Assembly (NCBI GenBank): GCA_963718665.1 | Contig: OY970359.1 | Coordinates: 2,240,001-2,304,000 of the forward strand | DNA: 64,000 nt | Direction of reading: 5' to 3' | Source: an uncultured Phycisphaerales bacterium | GTDB lineage: Bacteria > Planctomycetota > Phycisphaerae > Sedimentisphaerales > Anaerobacaceae | Shown here: piece by piece, positions 56,455 to 64,000 of the stretch | Layout: every line of letters starts with the position of its first letter | Position numbering within the stretch: position 1 is the first letter of the stretch | Translations under genes and position numbers: made by a program | Notes under the pieces: model-generated | Databases searched by the model: none | Told to the model about the DNA's origin: nothing | The model's input: the letters and a program-made list of their open reading frames with translations, nothing else

Positions 56455-58518
56455 ATGACAACATCATCAAGACCGGCAAAGCTTGCTGCAATTGTGTCGC
56501 TGATAATCAGCGTCATCTTCTTTGTCATTACGATTCTTATCGGCAGATGGAGCGGTTTTGTATCCGTCTATTCAGAGAGTTTTGTTCCGCTTGGTTCGGC
56601 TTTAATCTGGCTGGTTTTGCTTATCCAGTTCCATCAGCGAGCCCTTGCCGAGCAGGAAAAGCTCGATATGAGCGAGCTTGTCGGCGAACACAGGGCAGAT
56701 AAAATCTTTCAGCAGAAAGGCGAGCAGGCACAGCTGTTCGCAGTCGCCCAAAAGCGTCTTGCGATACTTGAAAGGTGGTTCCTGCCGATTTTCTCATTTC
56801 TTATCGCCGCCTATCAGGCGGCCATAGGCCTGTATCTGCTCAGGGGTGTTTCGGATTCGAACCCGGCTATCGGCCAACAGCCGCTGTTGTGCGCGGTTTG
56901 TATGGTCGCCATTGCGTTTGTGAGTTTTCTGATGTCGCGTTACGCGACCGGGATGTCAAGGCGGCCGGAATGGAAACCGTTGCGGGCGGGAGGTAGTTTC
57001 CTGCTCAGCTCGGCGATTTTGTCATTTGCACTGGCGATAGCGCTTGCGCTGGTTCAGTTTAAATTAATCACCGTAATCAGGGTGATTGACTATTTGATTC
57101 CAATCCTGCTTATCATCCTTGGCGTCGAGAATCTGCTTAACGTTATATTTGATATCTATCGTCCTCGCCTGACTGGTCAATACAGCAGGGCGGCGTTTGA
57201 CAGCCGGCTGCTTGGGCTGGTCAACGAACCGGGCGAAATACTTCATACTGCCACAGGCGCAATCGATTATCAATTCGGATTCAAAGTTTCCCAGACATGG
57301 TTTTACAAACTTCTCGAAAAAGCCGTTGTGCCACTCTTTTTCTTCGGCGCTATTACGCTGTATCTGCTTAGCTGCGTCATCGTTATTAATCCGAATGAAC
57401 AGGGGGTAATCGAACACTTCGGTAATCCTAAAGACGCCAAAGGCAATGTCTGGCTGGTCGGCCCGGGCATCCATTTCAAAAGGCCCTGGCCTATTGATAT
57501 CGTTCGAATATACCCCACGAGCGATATAAAGGAACTGCAAATCGGCTACGTGCCGAAAACAGACCCCAAAACAGGGCAGATAATTCGCGAACCGTTGCTA
57601 TGGGGCAAGGACCATTACAAGGAAGAATACAACATCCTTGTTGCGAGCCGTCTCGGCACGGAGAAAAGTTCGCAGGGGGCGGTGCCGGTAAGTTTGCTCA
57701 AGGCAAATATCCCCGTGCATTACTGTGTCAAAGATATTTACGCGTTTCTTTATAACTATGACAATCCGGAGAGGCGACTCGAAGATATATGTTACCGCGA
57801 ACTTGCGAGGTTTGCCGCGAGCTCAACTATTGAGGTTGACGATGAGGTTGCTTTGCAGACCAGCTTGCTTGGCGCAGGCAGGTCACAGGCCAAGCAGGTT
57901 CTGACGCAAAATATCCAGGCAGCCGCTGACAAGGCGGGTCTTGGGGTCGAGATTGTTTTTGTGGGCCTGCAGGGGATACATCCGCCTACACAGGTTGCCG
58001 CCGACTATGAAAAGGTTATAGGCGCGATTCAGAAAAAACAGGCGATAATTCTCCGGGCGGAGGGGGAGCGCAATCTTACCCTTAGCACGCTGGCCGGTTC
58101 GGTCGAGGGGGCATCCGACCTTTACGTTCTGGCATCGGATTATCAAAAGGCAAGGCAGGAAAATAACCGCCAGCAGACCGATGAGATTGCCGGCCGGCTG
58201 GATAAGGCGTTTGGCCAGGCGGACGGCGATATATTCTGCATGCTGCGGGAGGCCCAGAGTTACAGGTTTGAAAAGGCGACTATCGCCCGCGCCACCGGCG
58301 AACGCTTCGACAGCCAGGTAAAAGCATACAGGGCTGCGCCGGAAATTTACAAACGCCAGCAGCGTCTTATCGCGCTGGAGGAAACGCTCAAACCAATCAG
58401 GAAATATGTTATTGTCGCCGACCCGAATGACGCGGAGACATTTATTGTTGACCTTAAGGAAAAATTAACGCCGAGTTTGTATGACATCGGCGGTGTTCAG
58501 GAGAGCAGTTCACAATGA
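56455..58518 (+). CDS. Multi-TM SPFH protein (HflK-like) with N-terminal membrane domain
   Basis: About 7-8 TM helices, then GVIEHFG...PGIHFKRPWPID SPFH core, IHPP.QVA..YE.V..A and YRAAPEIYK coiled-coil region. Confidence 0.82.
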   Translation: MTTSSRPAKLAAIVSLIISVIFFVITILIGRWSGFVSVYSESFVPLGSALIWLVLLIQFHQRALAEQEKLDMSELVGEHRADKIFQQKGEQAQLFAVAQKRLAILERWFLPIFSFLIAAYQAAIGLYLLRGVSDSNPAIGQQPLLCAVCMVAIAFVSFLMSRYATGMSRRPEWKPLRAGGSFLLSSAILSFALAIALALVQFKLITVIRVIDYLIPILLIILGVENLLNVIFDIYRPRLTGQYSRAAFDSRLLGLVNEPGEILHTATGAIDYQFGFKVSQTWFYKLLEKAVVPLFFFGAITLYLLSCVIVINPNEQGVIEHFGNPKDAKGNVWLVGPGIHFKRPWPIDIVRIYPTSDIKELQIGYVPKTDPKTGQIIREPLLWGKDHYKEEYNILVASRLGTEKSSQGAVPVSLLKANIPVHYCVKDIYAFLYNYDNPERRLEDICYRELARFAASSTIEVDDEVALQTSLLGAGRSQAKQVLTQNIQAAADKAGLGVEIVFVGLQGIHPPTQVAADYEKVIGAIQKKQAIILRAEGERNLTLSTLAGSVEGASDLYVLASDYQKARQENNRQQTDEIAGRLDKAFGQADGDIFCMLREAQSYRFEKATIARATGERFDSQVKAYRAAPEIYKRQQRLIALEETLKPIRKYVIVADPNDAETFIVDLKEKLTPSLYDIGGVQESSSQ

Positions 58519-59408
58519 AAAATATAACAATAACCATCTTTATCGTTCTGCTTTTTGTCATTTTGGCTCTTGTATTCACGATGTTCCAGGTGCGAGAGAC
58601 CGAATCGGCACTGGTGATGACCTTCGGCAAGGCCACGCGGCAGATAACCGAGCCGGGTTTGTATTTCAAATGGCCTCCGCCAATCGAAATGGTTCAGAAG
58701 TTCGATTCGCGGTCGAGGGGTCTTGTGGCTGAGATAGGCGAGACGCCCACGAAAGGGGCGGTGCCGATTATTGTCAACACGTTTATCGTCTGGCGTGTTG
58801 CCGAGCCGCTTGCGTTTTTTAACGCGGTCGGGACCATTTCGGAAGCCGAGAACAAGCTGATTACCCAGATAAGCGACACTCAGAACAAGGTAATAGGCAG
58901 GCACGATTTCTCCGAATTTGTCAACAGCGACCCTACAAAAATAAAGCTCGATGAAATCGAAAAGGAGATGTTGGCTGAGATTCAGAAGGCCGTGCGAAGC
59001 GACTATGGGATTGAAATCAAGGCGATTGGCATCAGGCAGCTTAAAATCAGCGAAGACGTCAGCAAGGACGTGTTTGAGCGGATGAGGGCTGAGCGGAATC
59101 GCAGGACCGAGGCGACAATTGCCGAGGGCAATGCCGCATCCAAGAAAATTGTTACGGACGCTCTTTCAATGCAGACCGAGCTGCTCGCGGCCGCTGAGGC
59201 CAGGGCCAAGGCCATTCGCGCACAGGGCGACGCCGAGGCCGCCCAGTATTATAAGCTGCTCGAACAGGACCCGCAGCTTGCTATGTTCCTGCGTGATATC
59301 GATGCGCTCAAAAAGATACTCGAACAAAGAGCGACGGTTGTTATAAGCGCGGATACCGAGCCGTTCAAACTGCTCAGGCAGATGCCGGACCTGAAACCGA
59401 AAGAATAA
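58515..59408 (+). CDS. hflC: HflC-like SPFH protein
   Basis: FQVRETE, EPGLYFKWP, VFERMRAER, AQGDAEAA; ATGA overlap with the upstream gene. Confidence 0.82.
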   Translation: MKNITITIFIVLLFVILALVFTMFQVRETESALVMTFGKATRQITEPGLYFKWPPPIEMVQKFDSRSRGLVAEIGETPTKGAVPIIVNTFIVWRVAEPLAFFNAVGTISEAENKLITQISDTQNKVIGRHDFSEFVNSDPTKIKLDEIEKEMLAEIQKAVRSDYGIEIKAIGIRQLKISEDVSKDVFERMRAERNRRTEATIAEGNAASKKIVTDALSMQTELLAAAEARAKAIRAQGDAEAAQYYKLLEQDPQLAMFLRDIDALKKILEQRATVVISADTEPFKLLRQMPDLKPKE

Positions 59409-59441
59409 TTGCTGTTTGTTTCATAGGCGGATTTGAAAGAT

Positions 59442-60749
59442 ATGACGGAAGAACACGGACACCATCACGAGCACGAACATAATCACGCGACCCCGGATGA
59501 CGCAGGCCAGGTGCGGCAGGCGGACCCCGGCTATGACTACCTGTCGGGGGCGTTGAAGGTCAGTTTCGCCGTTCTCAAGGTCATAATGGTCATACTGGTG
59601 ATACTGTTTTTGTTTTCCGGTATCCGGACGGTAGGGCCGGGCGAACGAGCGATTGTTCTGCGGTTCGGCAAAATCAGCGGAGTCGGCGAGGCACGGCTTC
59701 TTGGTCCGGGATTGAAGCTGCTTTTGCCCTATCCGATTCACGAAATCGTTCGAGTTCCTGTCGAGAAAAAGGTTAACCTGGCAATCAATTCGTTCTGGTA
59801 TTATCAGAAACCCGGCGATGAGATGGGTGACGCGGCCAACCAAAAATCATACGCGTTGCCGACGCTTAATCCCCTTAGCGACGGCTATTGTTTGGTAAGG
59901 GGCGAAAAACAGGAGGGGGCCGCAGCCGTCTCCGAAGGCAGCGATTATAATATCCTTCACTGCAAGTGGGTTTTGACCTATCAGATTACCGATGCGGAAA
60001 GATTCTACAAGCACTGCTATGTGCAGGACGACCATCTTTCCGCCGGACAGAATTACTCGGACATCATTGAGCAAAATATAAACCCGATGCTGGAGAATGT
60101 TTTCTCCGACGCGGTTGTCGCAACAATGGTAAATTACACAATCGAAGAGGCAATGTTTGAAAAGGTGGCTTCGGTTACGGATAGGGTCAAGGAGCGTCTT
60201 CAAAACAAGCTCAACGCCTTAGACAGCGGCATTAAAGTTGTTTCGGTTCAAATCCGCGATATAACCTGGCCCAGGCAGGTAGGGGCTGCCTTCCAGGCGT
60301 CTTTAACCGCCACCCAGGATAAGCAAAAGGCAATCAGCGAGGCAAAGCTAAACGCGGAAAAGATTCTCAATGAGACCGGCGGCCCGATTGCCGGCGAGCT
60401 GCTTGCCTCTCTGCATGATAGTTCCTATGACAAACAAAAACAGGAGCAGTTGTGGGGACAGGTTGCCGGCAGGGCACAGGAACAAATAGCCGATTCACGC
60501 GGCTATCGGACAAAGGTCGTCGAGGACGCCAGAGCGAACGCCGAGTACCTGCAAAGGATACTTCCGGAATATCGAAAGTATCCCAAGCTTGTCATACAGA
60601 GGGTCTATCAGGACGCGATTGAGCAGGTTCTTCGCGACGCCGATGAGAAGACGGTAATTGAGCCCGCGCAGCACGGCAAAGCAACCGATGTCAGGGTTCT
60701 CATCAACAGGGACCCTGGGATAAAGCCGAAATCCGAACCCGGAAAATAA
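59442..60749 (+). CDS. hflK: HflK-like SPFH protein with His-rich N-terminus
   Basis: HGHHHEHEHNH, single TM, VLRFG...PGL....PYPI, P.QV..AF, EY.KYP. Confidence 0.78.
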   Translation: MTEEHGHHHEHEHNHATPDDAGQVRQADPGYDYLSGALKVSFAVLKVIMVILVILFLFSGIRTVGPGERAIVLRFGKISGVGEARLLGPGLKLLLPYPIHEIVRVPVEKKVNLAINSFWYYQKPGDEMGDAANQKSYALPTLNPLSDGYCLVRGEKQEGAAAVSEGSDYNILHCKWVLTYQITDAERFYKHCYVQDDHLSAGQNYSDIIEQNINPMLENVFSDAVVATMVNYTIEEAMFEKVASVTDRVKERLQNKLNALDSGIKVVSVQIRDITWPRQVGAAFQASLTATQDKQKAISEAKLNAEKILNETGGPIAGELLASLHDSSYDKQKQEQLWGQVAGRAQEQIADSRGYRTKVVEDARANAEYLQRILPEYRKYPKLVIQRVYQDAIEQVLRDADEKTVIEPAQHGKATDVRVLINRDPGIKPKSEPGK

Positions 60750-60778
60750 ACTTAGTGAGGAATCCTGAGAGATAAATA

Positions 60779-62713
60779 ATGGCCCACGAACATCTGCATT
60801 TTAAGGACGATATAGCAGTCGAGCATACGCACGGCAAACAGGTTCGCGTCAGTTTGGCGCTGCTGGGGACGCTGGCAGGGGGGACGCTGCTGCTAAGCCA
60901 CTATGTAAGCAAATGGTTTGTTTACGGCCCCGATGCCTTCCAGACCGAGATTCTCGCATTTGCGGGCGCAATCCTGCTTGGCTCGCCTATCATCTGGCAC
61001 GCAATTAAAAGTTTAGTGCACAAAGAAGCCCATATGGATGAGCTTGTGGCCCTTGCGATACTTGCCGCCATTGCCACGCGGCAATATCCTGCCGCCTGTG
61101 TAGTTGCGTTCTTTATGTTACTTAGCGAACTGGTCGAGAGCAGAACGGCCCTTGGTGCGAGGGCATCGATTGAATCGCTCATTAAACTCACCCCTCAAAA
61201 GGCAAATCAACTGCATCCCGACGGCAGCGAAACCGAAGTTATGGTCAGCCAGATTAAGCCAGGTGATATTGTTCGGGTAAGGCCCGGCGATAATATCCCG
61301 GTCGATGGCGACGTCGTAAAGGGTTTAAGCTCGGTCAATGAGGCCACAATTACCGGCGAATCGCTGCCCGTTGACAAAGTTCCCGGTATGCAGGTTTTCG
61401 CGGGCACAAGCAATCTTACGGGTGCTCTCGATATTACCGTTACCAAGGCGGGCAAAGATACCACCTTAGGCAAGGTCCAGTCGCTGATTTTGCAGGCCGA
61501 GCATACCAAGATACCGATTATGCGGATTATCGACCGCTATGTTAAATGGTACACCCCGACCGTTCTTATGATTGCAGGTATTGTCCTGTTCTTCACGGGC
61601 AATATCAACTATGCCATTACCATTCTTGTAATATCCTGTCCTTGTTCATTGATTTTGGCGACGCCCAGCGCGATGGTTGCGGCGATATCCGCTGCTGCCC
61701 GCCTTGGCATACTCGTCAAGAACGTTGCCGACCTCGAAGCCGCGGGCAAAATCACTGCGATGGTCTTCGACAAGACGGGAACCGTAACGACCGGCCGATT
61801 ATATGTAACGAAACTCACTCCTGCAAATGGCGTTGAGCCGTCAACACTGCTGTCGCTGGCTTCCTCCGCTGAAAAAATGAGCAAACATCCCGCGGCAAGA
61901 GCTTTGCTTGAGGTCGCCAAACAGGCAAATCTCATTTTGCCCGAAGTGGATAATTTTCAGGAAACACCCGGCAAAGGCGTTTCCGCCAAAGTAGCGGGCA
62001 GCAGGGTAATCGTCGGCAGAGATTCTTTCCTCAGGGAAAACCAGATTAATATGTCAAATGTTACTCTGCCGTCTCTGCACGAGGAGCAGGGTTTCAGCAC
62101 ACTTTTTGTTGCTTTGGACCATAATTGCATTGGGTGGATAGGCCTTCAGGATAAAACCAGGCCCGAAGCGAAGGAGGCCGTAGCAGACCTTTTCGCACTT
62201 GGCGTCAAACGTGTAACTATGCTCACGGGCGACAGGGACGAAGTCGCAGGGCGAGTCGCGGCAGAACTCGGCTGCACCGATTACAAGGCGCATTGCCTGC
62301 CCCAGGATAAACTGGCTATTGTGGAAAAAATCAAAAAAGACGGGCACACCGTCGTTGTCGTGGGCGACGGCATAAACGATGCCCCCGCGCTTGCCGCGGG
62401 CGACCTCGGCATAGCGATGGGAGCGGCCGGTTCCGACGTAGCAATCAACTCCGCCTCAATCGCGCTGTTGAGCGACGACCTCAAACGACTGCCCGCACTG
62501 GTACAGCTTTCACGCAGAACGCGTTTTGTTATCAACTCAAACCTTGCCTTTGGCGTCAGCTTTATAATCGTGGGCATATCGCTGTCGTTTTTGATTCTGC
62601 CGACAACGGCGGCGTTCCTGCATTTCGCAAGCTCTCTTGTCGTTGTCTTCAACAGCGCCCGCTTAGTTCGTCACGGCGAAGAACTTCAGCACCATACGGG
62701 TGATGCTGCGTAG
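60779..62713 (+). CDS. Heavy-metal translocating P1B-type ATPase
   Basis: TGES, SCPCSLILATP, DKTGT, SKHP, GDGINDAPAL. Confidence 0.93.
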   Translation: MAHEHLHFKDDIAVEHTHGKQVRVSLALLGTLAGGTLLLSHYVSKWFVYGPDAFQTEILAFAGAILLGSPIIWHAIKSLVHKEAHMDELVALAILAAIATRQYPAACVVAFFMLLSELVESRTALGARASIESLIKLTPQKANQLHPDGSETEVMVSQIKPGDIVRVRPGDNIPVDGDVVKGLSSVNEATITGESLPVDKVPGMQVFAGTSNLTGALDITVTKAGKDTTLGKVQSLILQAEHTKIPIMRIIDRYVKWYTPTVLMIAGIVLFFTGNINYAITILVISCPCSLILATPSAMVAAISAAARLGILVKNVADLEAAGKITAMVFDKTGTVTTGRLYVTKLTPANGVEPSTLLSLASSAEKMSKHPAARALLEVAKQANLILPEVDNFQETPGKGVSAKVAGSRVIVGRDSFLRENQINMSNVTLPSLHEEQGFSTLFVALDHNCIGWIGLQDKTRPEAKEAVADLFALGVKRVTMLTGDRDEVAGRVAAELGCTDYKAHCLPQDKLAIVEKIKKDGHTVVVVGDGINDAPALAAGDLGIAMGAAGSDVAINSASIALLSDDLKRLPALVQLSRRTRFVINSNLAFGVSFIIVGISLSFLILPTTAAFLHFASSLVVVFNSARLVRHGEELQHHTGDAA

Positions 62714-62751
62714 AATACCTATATACAGGCCTGACGGGATTAGCTGAAATT

Positions 62752-63963
62752 ATGGAATATGCGATTGAAACATTTTCTCTTACAAAGATTTTTTCCGACT
62801 GGTGGGGCCGCAGCAGGGTTATAGCCGTTGATGACCTTAATCTGAAGGTTCGCCCCAATGAGGTTTATGGTTTTCTCGGCCCTAACGGCTCAGGCAAAAC
62901 AACCACGCTCAAAATGCTCCTCGGGCTGCTTCATCCCACAAAAGGAAAGGCAATCGTTCTCGGGGGCGACGCCACCGACCCGCAAATCAATCGCAGAATC
63001 GGTTTTTTGCCTGAAGAGTCGTATCTTTATAAATACCTGACGGCCCGCGAAACGCTCGATTTTTACGGCCAGCTGTTCAAACTGCCCGCGAAAGTCCGCA
63101 GGATGCGTATCGAGGCGCTGCTGGATATGGTCGGCCTGAAGGCCGTCGCCAACAGGACCATCGGGACATTTTCAAAGGGTATGGCAAGAAGAATCGGTCT
63201 TGCCCAGGCCCTTATAAATGACCCTGAGCTGCTTATTCTCGATGAACCAACCACAGGCCTTGATCCCATCGGCACAAGACAAATCAAAGACCTTATCCTC
63301 GAACTCGCCAAACGCGGCAAGACGATTCTGCTTTGCAGTCACCTTCTTGCCGACGTCGAGGACGTATGTAACAGAATCGCGATTCTTTATGGTGGCAAGA
63401 TTCAGGCGGAAGGCGACGTCCGCGAATTGCTGCGGCACTCCGATAAGACCGAAATTCTGACCGGGCGTTTAAGTCCGGCGGTAATCGAGAAAATAAAGCA
63501 GACGCTTGCCGAAGAGCACGCGGAATACACCATCGGCTCGCCGATAGACAAGCTCGAAACGTTCTTTATCAATATTGTGGCCCGGGCACAACGGCAGGCC
63601 GTCCCGACAAGCGGTGCGGAGAGCAAGACGCAGATTAGCAATTTTCTTTCCGCCGGGATTAATGACCGTGCGAGCCGAGAAGCGATACTTAATCAGCTCG
63701 TTTCCGCCTCTGACGAGCGACCGGCTGTTACTGATACGCAGCAGGTCAAATCTCAACCGGCACCGTTGTCGCCGGCTGACGAAAATCTGCTCAAAGAGCT
63801 GACCGAACAGACCGATTCAAAACCGGTTGTTATCCAGCCGACACAAACCAAACCCGCGCCGGCGCAATCCGACCAGCCGAATAAGAGCGTTCTCGACGAA
63901 TTAACGGGCCGGTCTAATGCGGATACAAAGAACGCTCAATCCGGAGATTCCACAAATGCGTAG
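62752..63963 (+). CDS. ABC transporter ATP-binding protein with long C-terminal extension
   Basis: GPNGSGKTT, FSKGM, LILDEP, SH; low-complexity C-terminal ~100 aa. Confidence 0.9.
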   Translation: MEYAIETFSLTKIFSDWWGRSRVIAVDDLNLKVRPNEVYGFLGPNGSGKTTTLKMLLGLLHPTKGKAIVLGGDATDPQINRRIGFLPEESYLYKYLTARETLDFYGQLFKLPAKVRRMRIEALLDMVGLKAVANRTIGTFSKGMARRIGLAQALINDPELLILDEPTTGLDPIGTRQIKDLILELAKRGKTILLCSHLLADVEDVCNRIAILYGGKIQAEGDVRELLRHSDKTEILTGRLSPAVIEKIKQTLAEEHAEYTIGSPIDKLETFFINIVARAQRQAVPTSGAESKTQISNFLSAGINDRASREAILNQLVSASDERPAVTDTQQVKSQPAPLSPADENLLKELTEQTDSKPVVIQPTQTKPAPAQSDQPNKSVLDELTGRSNADTKNAQSGDSTNA

Positions 63964-64000
63964 CATCTGGGCCGTTGCTGTCAATATGATAAAGCAGGCC
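63956..64000 (+). CDS. Probable ABC permease, N-terminal fragment (runs off the window end)
   Basis: ATG at 63956 overlaps the upstream stop; MRSIWAVAVNMIKQA resembles the start of the permease at 55307-56269 (MTKLFTIAKNTFIET). Confidence 0.55.
   Translation, partial: MRSIWAVAVNMIKQA

Overview
Bacterial chromosomal window, most likely from a Planctomycetota (Phycisphaerae/Sedimentisphaerales-like) genome. This is inferred from the dockerin-like C-terminus on the GH9, the AroD-AroE fusion, the long ACP/FabF-pair cluster and tandem TMTC-like GT-C proteins. 1-11.1 kb: glycosylation genes, with two TMTC-like TPR glycosyltransferases and two paralogous nucleotide-sugar dehydrogenases that bracket a 4.6-kb accessory segment (ankyrin protein, degenerate P4-type primase/helicase, HEPN-MNT module with a fused extra domain). 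11.4-18.2 kb: small proteins, cspA, a mosaic defence-like island (HNH-AP2, Fic, nuclease-like ORF, 5'-truncated TdeIII-type REase with no methylase) and a 61-aa Bd0055-like bacterial histone gene. 18.6-45.4 kb: mostly core genes (GT4/GH57, pilT, rhaB-linked sugar cluster, panE, aroDE, argG, prepilin peptidase, OmpA, comEC, serS). 45.4-54.5 kb: type II FAS/PKS-like cluster (KS, non-catalytic KS/CLF-like, two FabZ-like, enlarged ACP) split by an inverted GH9 gene. 55.3-64 kb: an HflK-HflC-HflK SPFH triad linked to an atypical P1B-ATPase and ABC genes instead of FtsH. Intergenic DNA is rich in short palindromic elements (one inserted in-frame in a gene) and in 7-/9-bp periodic microrepeats. No tRNA, rRNA, CRISPR array, integrase or transposase was recognised. 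All calls are by eye from motifs; no database searches were run.
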